This document shows positions 27,801 through 36,553 of a stretch of 64,000 nt of DNA, piece after piece. The notes under the pieces are model-generated. The model worked only from the letters and a program-made list of their open reading frames with translations, made no database searches and was not told the DNA's origin. Origin of the DNA: an uncultured Rhodothermales bacterium (GTDB lineage Bacteria > Bacteroidota > Rhodothermia > Rhodothermales > UBA10348); NCBI GenBank assembly GCA_964383365.1, contig CAYLHF010000012.1, positions 8,745 through 72,744 of the forward strand, read 5' to 3'. Position 1 is the stretch's first letter, and each line of letters starts with the position of its first letter. Both the position numbers and the translations under genes were made by a program.

Positions 27801-28103
27801 GTGTTCGAACCATTCAAACAGGCATCTGAAGGCCTCGACAGAAGTCATGAAGGAGCAGGAGTCGGTCTGACGGTTGCACGTCACCTGATTGAATCAATGA
27901 AGGGTAGGCTCGAACTCGAATCGAGTGGGGTTGACGGATCTACGTTTATTATCACCCTTCCGATCCATAAAGAGAATTCCGACGGAGGGTCAGCCGGGTC
28001 CGTCCACTCCCGCCATCGACCCCACGGTGATCGATTCAGTCTTCATCGGCGCAATTCGGACCGAGTATCGTCTATCGACCACGCGTCCGACCTCATCGGG
28101 TAG
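24861..28103 (+). CDS. Sensor histidine kinase with extracytoplasmic Reg_prop beta-propeller repeats and Y_Y_Y domain, HisKA/HATPase_c transmitter
   Basis: There are many repeats of the form DG.LWIGT..GL, then YQYKLVGYNEDW (Y_Y_Y), a TM helix (WWFISLSVLSLILLAGATY), the H-box LSHEFRTPLTGILGYSDIL and an ATPase region (DNALKFTD, DTGIGIS, GAGVGLTVARHL). The start may be the Met at 24882. Confidence 0.85.
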   Translation: MLYAPDSMYAYRATYFLLLTLVLAFAPNRSATAFQVVPTLDPEKRISQYGLQTWSEDDGLPQSTISAIAETSDGYLWLGTQEGLARYNGITFDVFNKGNTPAFGKDHKIVSLLVDTSDRLWIGLDAGLVRFENGRFVNVGDQIGRGLRVVNSIIEDETGTIWVGSAKEGLFSIQPGSNTLEKSDYAIADDDKISSLVADMDGSLWIGTNNGLIHQRNKLVRRYSEKDGLPSVKIEALFRDQQGIVWVATESGIVTLSHELIKEPTYRPLRSMKAQVFFEDRVGTLWIGTSDQGLARITSSGVEIFSKKGDSTGGLTYQSISSIYEDDEGSLWLGTDGGGLNRLYEGAFTSYTTMEGLSENMIWSVFEDSHGGMWFGTESGGVDHLVNDRVETFSTDTGLSHNQVSGLAETADGTIWIGTYGGGLNAIRNGTIRHFTTDDGMADNRISGTYTDSQDRLWIATDGGISIYDHGTFTNLTSKDGLASDYISVIYEGSDSDMWVGTYKSGLNRITKSGIETYTAADGLGSDNVTALYVDEEKTVWIGTYGGGLTRLKDDTFTTYSMTDGLFNDYIYLILEDDDGALWMTCNKGIFKVSKNALNTFKPGSTERITSRVYTKQDGLKEVEMNGGFQPAGWKGADGRLWFPSIGGVPMINPTDPHSNLTPPPVHVERFVVDGVNMDPNQSLSLEDGADKIEFFFAALSFQAPKQNRYQYKLVGYNEDWTLTSDHSATYTNLDPGNYQFVVIGSNNDDVWNEQGASVSFYLRPSFYETWWFISLSVLSLILLAGATYRIRISQLRKRHEELERERDKARAANEFKSVILDNLSHEFRTPLTGILGYSDILMSEAEGEEREFAGYIKANGNRLLHTLDSLLELARVQRMDLELKPEPVLVSDLIHEIIALQNEQRKNVDVALEAAIHSSPGEMNLDRRSIAYAIRALVDNALKFTDRGKVVVHLEASESETVIRVADTGIGISRSDFTRVFEPFKQASEGLDRSHEGAGVGLTVARHLIESMKGRLELESSGVDGSTFIITLPIHKENSDGGSAGSVHSRHRPHGDRFSLHRRNSDRVSSIDHASDLIG

Positions 28104-28252
28104 CGTCCTCCGTTTCGTAGTCAATGAGCCGAGGAAACGAAATCCTCCGACGGAACCTTCTGGAAAACAGGTAGGTTGTACGCCACAGTTTTGAACGACT
28201 CGATCTCTTCTCTCGTTAGGGTCGTTTTGGCCTGTCAATCGAAGCACGTCAA

Positions 28253-29404
28253 ATGTCTCCAGAATCTCGTCTCCGTATCAAAGGAGAGTCCATCGATTGG
28301 ACCAACCTGTCATTTATAGGAGGATACCATCTTCTTCTCCTGATTCTGCTACCGATATATCTTGCCCTTAAGGTTCCGTCCCTTGAGCTCGTCGGCATGG
28401 CGGTAGTTCTGTCGGGCGGTTGTCTGCTGAGTATTACCACGGGGTACCATCGTCTGTATGCGCACAAGACGTATAGAACCCGCCGGGCAGTCGAATCGGT
28501 TCTCCTCTTTTTCGCAACCCTGGCCACAGAGGGGAGCGCGTTAAAATGGTCACATGATCACCGGTTGCATCACCGTCATGTGGACACGAACCGAGATCCG
28601 TATGGCACATCCATCGGATTCTGGCACTCTCATATATTGTGGATGTTCAAGCATCCCGCTCCGTGGGACGAGCGACTCGTCCGGGACCTTGAGACGAATC
28701 CCCTGCTCAGAATCCAGCACAGGTATTACGGCCTATGGGTCGCAGTAACGAATATTTTGGTCGTACTCCTGACCTGGCTTGTCGTCGGCGATCTATTCGG
28801 GTCCGTCGTTTTCGCGCTACTCGCACGACTGTTCGTAGTCCATCACAGCACGTGGTTTATCAATTCTCTTGCCCATATGTGGGGTAGTAAGCCATATTCA
28901 ACGGAGCATTCGGCCGTAAATAATTTCATTCTCTCCCTCCTTACGTACGGCGAGGGATATCATAATTACCATCATACGTTTGCCGGTGACTATCGAAATG
29001 GAGTCAGGTGGTTTCAATTCGATCCACCGAAGTACATCATCTGGGCGATGAGTAAAGTGGGTCTGGCTTCTGGCCTGAAAAGGGTAGATCGTCTGACGAT
29101 CAAGAGGAAACTGGTTTCGGCAGACCGCAAACTGATGCTCGCACACCTAGATCTGGTCACACGGATGGACACCGAACCCATCCGGGAAATGATCGATCGG
29201 ATGTTCGAGCCACTGACTAAAAATCTGGTCGGGCTCAAGATTTCGACCGAAAAATATCGGGAGCTACGAAGAAGAGGCTCCGAAGAAGTCGCGTACGTCA
29301 GGGAAGTGCTGAAGTCAAATCGTCAGCGTGTTTCCCAGGAAATGGATGAGTGGGGAGAACTCGTCCGGTTCGTTTTGACACTCCGCCCCCATCGAGCTGT
29401 ATGA
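28253..29404 (+). CDS. Acyl-CoA (delta-9-type) fatty acid desaturase
   Basis: Three His boxes are present: HRLYAHKTY, HDHRLHHRHVDT and HNYHHTF. There are TM segments and a coiled C-terminal extension. Confidence 0.85.
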   Translation: MSPESRLRIKGESIDWTNLSFIGGYHLLLLILLPIYLALKVPSLELVGMAVVLSGGCLLSITTGYHRLYAHKTYRTRRAVESVLLFFATLATEGSALKWSHDHRLHHRHVDTNRDPYGTSIGFWHSHILWMFKHPAPWDERLVRDLETNPLLRIQHRYYGLWVAVTNILVVLLTWLVVGDLFGSVVFALLARLFVVHHSTWFINSLAHMWGSKPYSTEHSAVNNFILSLLTYGEGYHNYHHTFAGDYRNGVRWFQFDPPKYIIWAMSKVGLASGLKRVDRLTIKRKLVSADRKLMLAHLDLVTRMDTEPIREMIDRMFEPLTKNLVGLKISTEKYRELRRRGSEEVAYVREVLKSNRQRVSQEMDEWGELVRFVLTLRPHRAV

Positions 29405-29411
29405 GTCTATC

Positions 29412-31319
29412 TTACTCTGGAACTACGCCCAGTTCAATGTATGACGCGTGCGTTCCTGAACGGTAGATTTGCTCGGTCGCGACCTGAAAATCCTCCTCTC
29501 GGGCCGTGTAAATGTTTCCGTAGGTCTGTGGATTTCGGTCGACCAGCGGGAACCAGCTACTCTGAATCTGCACCATAATCCGATGTCCCTTCAGAAACGT
29601 ATGGTAACTATCCGGTGCATCGAACGAGATCTCGGTTATCTGTCCAGGTACAAGTGGCTCCGGATGCTCGTAGCTATTCCTGAATTTAGCTCTGAAGACG
29701 TCGCCCCGGACTAACATCTGATACCCGGCCATCTTGTCCGGCAGGTATTTTTCTTCTTCCGCCTGCCATTCCGGCTCGTCCGGAGGAAATTCATCGATTA
29801 GTTTTACCACGTAGTCCGCATCAGAACCCGACGTCGAGACGAAAAGGTGCGCCGTAACCGGGCCCGCTATGGTGACATCAGCACTCAAAAGATCCGACCG
29901 GTAAACGATAACATCTTCGCGCCCGGCGGCAAAGCGCTGATCTTCAACTATATATTCTCTGGTCCGGTCTATTCGCACCTCACTGGTATACGGCACCGGA
30001 TCTCCCGGATCCGACGTGTACTCATCGTGCGCCTCGTCGGAAGTCTTCGGACGTTCCGGGGAAAGGCCCCCATCGGCCTGCAAATAGAAAGCGGTTCTTT
30101 CAGCGGTGTCCGGGGGCCAGGAATCCAGTTCGTGCCATGTGTTCGATCCCGTGGAATACGCATATACTTCCGGGAGCTGATTTTCCCCCTTGTCCTTCAG
30201 GTAGTAGTTAAAAAATGGGAGATCAATTTTTTCCTGATAGAATACAGACGTCTTGTTGTCAAATGACACATTACCAAGGTGATCACCATCGGCGCGGACC
30301 CATCCACCATGAAACCACGGCCCCATGACCAGGGTGTTGTTTGAAGCCGGATTATTTTCTTCAACCGACTGGTAGATATGCGTCGGACCATAGGGATCCT
30401 CGGCGTCGAAAAAGCCACCAACGGTCATCATGTTGGTTGTAACTCCTGTCATATTTGGAACGATATTCCGGCGCTTCCAGAAAGTATCATACGTGCCGTG
30501 GGCCATGAGGGAGTCCCAGAACGCGATCTTCCCGTGGAAATACTTCTCGTTAGCGTTTTTCAGAGGACCCATATCGAGAAAAAACTGATAGGCGTCGTCC
30601 GTGGGAAAATCAAATCCAGCATTCCAGTGGTCGGTGGGATTCGGATCCGGACTCTCGAAAAAAGGAAAAAAACGGAATGCATCCTGCAGGTAAAACGCAC
30701 CGTGGTGGTGAAAGTCATCTCCGACAAACCAGTCGGCGATCGGAGCCTGCGGTGAGGCCGCCAGAAGAGCCGGATGCGAATCTATCGAACTGGCGGCGGC
30801 ATAGAAACCCGGATAAGAGATTCCCCAGATACCGGCCCTCCCGTTGTTGGGCTCTACGTTTCTCAGTAGCCAATCGACGGTATCGTACATATCTGTACCC
30901 TCGTCGACATCAGTCGAGTCTTTCTCGGTGGGGATATCGGGTGTCATGTTTACAAACCGTCCCTCCGACATGAACCTTCCCCTGACGTCTTCATAGACAA
31001 AAATATAGCCTTCATCAGCAAATCGATCGGAACCGTTGGGTCCCAGATGATTCGGGTAGGAATCCGGTCCGTACGGTCCGGAGCTATAGGGAGATTTCTT
31101 GATCAGAAAGGGATACGTCTGTGTTTGGTCACGGGGGATATATACTGCGGCATACAGGTGTACACCGTCACGCATCGGAATCTGTACTTCCTTTTTCACG
31201 TACTCCCGGACGATCTTGTTATCAGGCTCCTGACACGCTGTAAGAGACAGCATAATGAGTGTAATCAGGGCTCCCACCCTCACACAGGACTGGCTGCAGG
31301 ATATTCGATTTGGATGCAT
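29412..31319 (-). CDS. CocE/NonD-family serine hydrolase (S15 Xaa-Pro dipeptidyl-peptidase-like), lipoprotein
   Basis: The lipoprotein signal is LSLTAC. The nucleophile elbow is GIWGISYPGFY. The size, the alpha/beta-hydrolase domain and a C-terminal beta-sandwich all fit the CocE/NonD family. Confidence 0.75.
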   Translation of the reverse strand: MHPNRISCSQSCVRVGALITLIMLSLTACQEPDNKIVREYVKKEVQIPMRDGVHLYAAVYIPRDQTQTYPFLIKKSPYSSGPYGPDSYPNHLGPNGSDRFADEGYIFVYEDVRGRFMSEGRFVNMTPDIPTEKDSTDVDEGTDMYDTVDWLLRNVEPNNGRAGIWGISYPGFYAAASSIDSHPALLAASPQAPIADWFVGDDFHHHGAFYLQDAFRFFPFFESPDPNPTDHWNAGFDFPTDDAYQFFLDMGPLKNANEKYFHGKIAFWDSLMAHGTYDTFWKRRNIVPNMTGVTTNMMTVGGFFDAEDPYGPTHIYQSVEENNPASNNTLVMGPWFHGGWVRADGDHLGNVSFDNKTSVFYQEKIDLPFFNYYLKDKGENQLPEVYAYSTGSNTWHELDSWPPDTAERTAFYLQADGGLSPERPKTSDEAHDEYTSDPGDPVPYTSEVRIDRTREYIVEDQRFAAGREDVIVYRSDLLSADVTIAGPVTAHLFVSTSGSDADYVVKLIDEFPPDEPEWQAEEEKYLPDKMAGYQMLVRGDVFRAKFRNSYEHPEPLVPGQITEISFDAPDSYHTFLKGHRIMVQIQSSWFPLVDRNPQTYGNIYTAREEDFQVATEQIYRSGTHASYIELGVVPE

Positions 31320-31686
31320 TTGCTTCCCTCCATCGCTGACTTACTGAATGCACGATCCACCAATGTAGAGGGCCGGTAACAATAAAGCGTTCGCGGACCG
31401 AGTGGGGATGTTTCCCATTTAACGTGTAGGGGATTTCTCGTCAAGAAAATCACGGTACCAACCTCAAGACGCAAACGTCACTCGCATCGTAGAGAATGCA
31501 CAGGATCAGACCGTACCGCCATATAGCTGTGAACAGTAATGGTTTGCCAGATTTTCTGCCAAAACGACAGATATCTGGACACGTTCAGCGGGCCTTATCC
31601 GGATTACATACGGTATCCTGTGATGCGTCCCGGGTCATCCTGGAGCCTGTAGCGACTGACCAGATCGCCACTCAACCAGACGGGGA

Positions 31687-33069
31687 TCACTCCAGATCGC
31701 CAGAAAGGACGTTTTCAGGCAACGCCAACTGGCGGGCTGCCGTTTCGACAGGCTCGATCGAACCTACGTCTTTTGAACTCCCGGCCCCCATCTCCTTGAA
31801 TTTTCGCGCTGAAACCAGTACCCGGGATTCCATGGACCCGACGGCTTTGTTGTAGCTTGAAACAGCGGAATCAAGTCGTTTCCCTACGGCCGAGAAATGA
31901 TCCACCATGACCGCCATACGTTCGTAGAGTTCCTGCCCCAGATTGCTAATTTGCTGGGCATTTGCTGCTATGCGTTCCTGCCGCCATCCGTACGCCACAG
32001 CCCTCAAGAGAGCGATGAGCGTGGTTGGTGTAGAAATAATCACGCTCCTTTCGACGCCGTACTCGATCAGCGAAGGATCTTCCGTCAGGGCCGCGTAGAA
32101 AAATGACTCTCCCGGCAGAAACATCACGACCATGTCGGGCGAGGTATCAAACTGATCCTGATAGGCCTTGGCAGAGAGTTGCTTGACATGCGTTCTGATC
32201 TGCTCTGCATGTCGGTGAAGACCGACGGATCGCACGGATTCGTCTTCCGACTCGATGGCATCCAGATACGCTTCGAGCGGTGCTTTGGCGTCCACGACGA
32301 TAATCTTGTCTCCAGGTAGGTGTATGATAAGATCGGGGCGCAATCGTCCTTCATCAGTCTCAATGCTGTGCTGTTCCTCAAAGTCACAATAGTCCACCAT
32401 TCCGGCCATCTCGACGACGCGGCGTAATTGGATTTCACCCCATCGTCCCCGAACCGTTGGTTTTCGGAGGGCAGAGACAAGATTTCCCGCTTCTTTCTGA
32501 AGCTCAGCCTGTGCCTGTGAGAGTCCTTTGACCTGTTCGGTCAACGACGAGTAGGCTTTCACGCGCTCTTTCTCTATCTCTCCAATCTGACTCGTCACTG
32601 TTTTCAGCGATTCCTTCAGGGGATCGACGAGCTTCTGCATTTCGGTCGAACGCTTCTGCTGCGATTTTTCAGCTTCCGAAACCAGTTTCTCGACCTGACC
32701 TTTAGCAATCTGTAGAAACTGCTCGTTATTGGATTTTAATGCCTTGTGAGACAGGGACTCGAATTGGACGAGGAGATCCTTCTGTGCGTCCTGTAGCAGT
32801 TTCATTTTTTCCTCAGCAGCACGCCGCTCCTCTTCCCGACCGGCTTCCAGCGCGGAGAGTCGGCTCTGCAGGTCAATTCGACGGTCTCTCTCCGAAATTA
32901 ATTCGGAATTTGCTCGCTCCAGACTTTCTTCTCGCTCAGAAAGACGCGCGGCCGTCGCATTATTGTTCGCACGCATGACGAGGACGGCTACGATCCCTCC
33001 GGCTATCAGCCCGATCAAAATACCGATGATTCCTTCCACCATTTCCGTTCCCAGGCTGTATGACGACAT
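31687..33069 (-). CDS. rmuC: DNA recombination protein RmuC
   Basis: An N-terminal TM helix is followed by a long coiled coil and then the conserved RmuC core (VRGRWGEIQLRRVVEMAGM...CDFEEQ...RPDLIIHLPGDKIIVVDAKAPL). Confidence 0.8.
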   Translation of the reverse strand: MSSYSLGTEMVEGIIGILIGLIAGGIVAVLVMRANNNATAARLSEREESLERANSELISERDRRIDLQSRLSALEAGREEERRAAEEKMKLLQDAQKDLLVQFESLSHKALKSNNEQFLQIAKGQVEKLVSEAEKSQQKRSTEMQKLVDPLKESLKTVTSQIGEIEKERVKAYSSLTEQVKGLSQAQAELQKEAGNLVSALRKPTVRGRWGEIQLRRVVEMAGMVDYCDFEEQHSIETDEGRLRPDLIIHLPGDKIIVVDAKAPLEAYLDAIESEDESVRSVGLHRHAEQIRTHVKQLSAKAYQDQFDTSPDMVVMFLPGESFFYAALTEDPSLIEYGVERSVIISTPTTLIALLRAVAYGWRQERIAANAQQISNLGQELYERMAVMVDHFSAVGKRLDSAVSSYNKAVGSMESRVLVSARKFKEMGAGSSKDVGSIEPVETAARQLALPENVLSGDLE

Positions 33070-33180
33070 TCGTCCATGAGTGATTCAAGACTCCGCCGCA
33101 AAGCGCAAACAGAACATGCACTCGCGGACCGGCTCTGGTAAATTCCGACCTATATCGTCGGAATACAACCAGAACGGCGG

Positions 33181-36100
33181 CTATTCGACCGGCATAAATG
33201 TGCTTTCTTGTACGGACCAGAGTCCGGCCCGAATCGACGTGGCTCCAGTCAGATGTTGCCAACTGTCTATATACGCTTGCAACTGTCCTGCATAGTGCGT
33301 CAGTAAACTACGTTCAGTACGAGCATCCGTTTTGTAGTCCACGATCGTCCATTGAGGGCCGACTCGAAAAACAAGATCCATTATGCCTGATACGACCTGA
33401 ACCGGCTCCGTATTCTTCAGACTATGGGTGAAAGGCAATTCAGTGTAACACTCATCCGAATCGCAGACTGAATGCCAGATTTCGGACTTTCGAAAATCGC
33501 ACAACGCTCGAATCGCACTCCCCTCCAGGTCCGATAGATCCCTCCCATTGCTTCCCTCAATTTCTTCTTGAAGATAGTAGCTGCACCACCGTGCATCATC
33601 CATCGGTTTACCCAGAAGATGTTGTTCAATTGCGTACTCAAACAGGCGATGTACCGCCCGTCCATATCCACGACCACGCCCACGATACGACTCGTCGATA
33701 GTAGACGACCCTACTGATTCGACCTCTGGTTTACTCGGACGGATCAATTGCCACGTCGGCACACGGCCTGCCTCCATTCGTTCCCTGTTGATACGGAGAT
33801 TCTCGAATGCATCGTTAAAACTGGATTCATCCCTGGATGCGTCCGAGTGACAGTTGCCGGCTTCATCCTCCAAGGGATTCAGATCGTCTCCGTCGGCCTC
33901 CAGGGGCAGATGGTCGTAAAACGGAGCCCAGAACCCTTTTTCGTCTGACCCCATATACCTCGTAATAAAGAGTTGCTCGCGCGCGCGAGTCGCCGCGACG
34001 TACCGGAGACGATTATCTTCTGCTGCAGAAAACCTCTTTTCTTCTTCCATGGCATTCGTCCAGGACGTGGGCTCGGCTATCGGTTGCTCCCTGAATCCCG
34101 CCTTTTTTCGGACCGGAACGATTACTCTCGCACCACCCTCCCGCCGTTCGACAAAGAATTGTGGTTCGCGGGCACGGACCGAGGGGTCTGCATCCACCAG
34201 AAAAACGACGTCGGCTTCCAATCCCTTTGCCTGATGAATATTGAATATTCGGACGGCCCTACCCTGACCTGATTCGAGGGTCAGACCTTCCTGGTCCAGT
34301 TCGCCTCGACTGAGTCGCAGCAGTTCCTGCCTTGCCTCCAGCCAATTCATCCCGGCCGATTCCCACGTACGCAGCAGTACGAGAACCTTTTCGAGTGCCC
34401 CCGCCTCTGTCGATCCGGCATCTTCCTGGGCATAGGCAGCCAGTAGTCCCGTTGTCATCAATATATGTTCCATCGCCTGCGCCACCGGCCATCGAATCAG
34501 GGCCAGGCGAGAAGATTCGACGAGCGCCCGGGCCGTGGTTACGGCGTACGCCAGGGCATCATCCGTTTCGGATGGGACCGGAAGACGAAGATCGATGGCT
34601 CCCGTCATTGACCGGAAATCGACCAGCATTTTGTCCGAAAATCCGCACAAAGGACCCCTCAGATAAGCGATGAGAGAAACCGAATCCGAAGGATTTCTCA
34701 CTACGTTCAACAGATGCAGGATAGTTCTCAGGGAGACGGCCCGGTGCAACGACCTCGACCCGGCTGTTTCGAAAGGAATTCCGGACTGTCGAAGAGCGTC
34801 AATAAACAGGTGCATCCGGTTCGAGACGCGAGTGAGTAGCAGAAAATCTCCGTAATCTCTGCTCCCGTCCTTGCCCGTCATCTCCCTGATAATCGAAACA
34901 ATTTTTCCCGCTTCCAGTCGGGCTATAGACTCCGACAAATGTCCTCGTTGTCTCGGGATGGAAAGCGTGCAGACGGACTTTACCGGGCCGGTTTCCGATC
35001 TGGCCGCAGAAAGTGGTTCATACACCGCCTGGTAGGTTGCCCCATCCTGACCAAAAGATTCCATCAACGCATTGTTTATCCATGCGCACAGTGACGGAGT
35101 CGATCGGAAATTAGACGTCAAATTCAAGACCCTCCCATCGGACTGTCGGATCAATTTCTCACAGATCGAAAAAACCCTGACATCTGCTCCCCGAAACCGG
35201 TAGATCGCCTGCTTGTCATCACCGACGATCATCAGAGAGCCGGGGCGGGGCTTGCACGCTCTCCAGTCCGTCTCCTTGGTGTTTTTTGCCGTCAGCAGAA
35301 ACAGGAGCTCTGCCTGAAGCGGATCGGTATCCTGAAACTCGTCGACCAGGATGCGCCCAAATCGAGACGAAAAATGGACTCGGGCGGACTCCGATGTCCT
35401 GAAGAGTCTGACACAGAGTTGCAGCAAGTCTCGAAACACCAGCCTGCCTTCTGACACTCGATACGTGAAATACGCATCGACCGCATCATGAACGATTTCC
35501 TCTATCTCCGGATAGATATGTTCACGCCACGCCTGTACGACGGGTCGAATATGAAGCAGGATGAAGTGCACGAGGGTCGATTCGCCCAATTTCGCGCTCC
35601 CCTTCAACGACTGGGCAAACCGATACGCTTCCGACTTCTTGTCCGGCGACCAACGATTGAGCGTGATAAGACCACTCTTGAGCGATCCGGAAGGTGAGAC
35701 GAGATTGTCAAACAGTCGCAACCATTCTACAATAACCGCATCCGTATCGAGGGAAATACTCTTTCTGAATCGATCGGCGCGTTCGAGCGTGAGCATCAGT
35801 GGGTCCCGCTTTCCCGCTCCGGGAACATACCGAAGGAGGTGATCCAGAAATTCTTCGGTTACGCTGAGCGCCGTAGATGCGTCCGGTTTCTCCGAAGATT
35901 CTGTACCTATCGGCAGGCCGTGTAACCCGGAGCGAACACGGAAATAATCATACAGATCTGGAAGATGGATTCCATTCGTCGCCAGGGACTGCATCCGTTC
36001 TGCAGCGGAATTCGTCTGCGCATCAAGGAATCGTCTCCAACATACCGCTGACATACGCTCCTCATCCAGAGGATCTATAACCGAAAAATCTGCCGGAAGA

Positions 36101-36543
36101 CCGACCAGAAAAGGACGCTCCGAAAGTATTCGCTGGCAGAATGCATGAATCGTGTCGATAAAGATCTGATCGATTACCGATAACGCATAGCGAAGGAGTT
36201 CTCGTTCATGAACGAGAGACTGAACGTCACTGCTCTCGTCCGGGATCGTATCGAGAATGCCTGAAATAGTCCGTATGGCATCCCGCAGGTGGCTGAAGAA
36301 ACGACCCCTCATTTCTCCTGCAGCCTTGCGAGTAAATGTGATTGCCACGATCGACTCTGGTGCTACTCCCGATCGGATGAGGGCCGTCATCCGGGCAACA
36401 AGGACCGTGGTTTTGCCCGACCCAGCCGCTGCTCGTACCACCAGGTTTGAATCCGCCAAGAATAGATCGTCCGACCCGATGGGACCGGAAAGATCATGGG
36501 TGCCGCAGATCATGCGACGAGCTTCGGAGTCAGATAATATCAT
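33181..36543 (-). CDS. addA: UvrD/Rep-type helicase with C-terminal PD-(D/E)XK nuclease (AddA-like)
   Basis: It has Walker A AAAGSGKTTVLVARM, helicase motifs (ILVDEFQDTDP, VGDDKQAIYRFRGAD, TSNFRS, IFNIHQAKGLEADVVFL) and the C-terminal nuclease motif WTIVDYKTD. ATG 36543 is preferred, because it lies 10 nt after the addB stop. The ORF track instead extends to 36651 and overlaps addB. Confidence 0.8.
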   Translation of the reverse strand: MILSDSEARRMICGTHDLSGPIGSDDLFLADSNLVVRAAAGSGKTTVLVARMTALIRSGVAPESIVAITFTRKAAGEMRGRFFSHLRDAIRTISGILDTIPDESSDVQSLVHERELLRYALSVIDQIFIDTIHAFCQRILSERPFLVGLPADFSVIDPLDEERMSAVCWRRFLDAQTNSAAERMQSLATNGIHLPDLYDYFRVRSGLHGLPIGTESSEKPDASTALSVTEEFLDHLLRYVPGAGKRDPLMLTLERADRFRKSISLDTDAVIVEWLRLFDNLVSPSGSLKSGLITLNRWSPDKKSEAYRFAQSLKGSAKLGESTLVHFILLHIRPVVQAWREHIYPEIEEIVHDAVDAYFTYRVSEGRLVFRDLLQLCVRLFRTSESARVHFSSRFGRILVDEFQDTDPLQAELLFLLTAKNTKETDWRACKPRPGSLMIVGDDKQAIYRFRGADVRVFSICEKLIRQSDGRVLNLTSNFRSTPSLCAWINNALMESFGQDGATYQAVYEPLSAARSETGPVKSVCTLSIPRQRGHLSESIARLEAGKIVSIIREMTGKDGSRDYGDFLLLTRVSNRMHLFIDALRQSGIPFETAGSRSLHRAVSLRTILHLLNVVRNPSDSVSLIAYLRGPLCGFSDKMLVDFRSMTGAIDLRLPVPSETDDALAYAVTTARALVESSRLALIRWPVAQAMEHILMTTGLLAAYAQEDAGSTEAGALEKVLVLLRTWESAGMNWLEARQELLRLSRGELDQEGLTLESGQGRAVRIFNIHQAKGLEADVVFLVDADPSVRAREPQFFVERREGGARVIVPVRKKAGFREQPIAEPTSWTNAMEEEKRFSAAEDNRLRYVAATRAREQLFITRYMGSDEKGFWAPFYDHLPLEADGDDLNPLEDEAGNCHSDASRDESSFNDAFENLRINRERMEAGRVPTWQLIRPSKPEVESVGSSTIDESYRGRGRGYGRAVHRLFEYAIEQHLLGKPMDDARWCSYYLQEEIEGSNGRDLSDLEGSAIRALCDFRKSEIWHSVCDSDECYTELPFTHSLKNTEPVQVVSGIMDLVFRVGPQWTIVDYKTDARTERSLLTHYAGQLQAYIDSWQHLTGATSIRAGLWSVQESTFMPVE

Positions 36544-36553
36544 TGTTCGTCTC

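Noticed and set aside
31320-31686. 366-bp spacer between the peptidase start and the rmuC stop; ORFs 31496-31855 (+) and 31280-31474 (-)
   Set aside because: Both ORFs overlap neighbouring real genes and lack motifs. I could identify no RNA-gene-like structure by eye, so this is most simply the peptidase promoter region.
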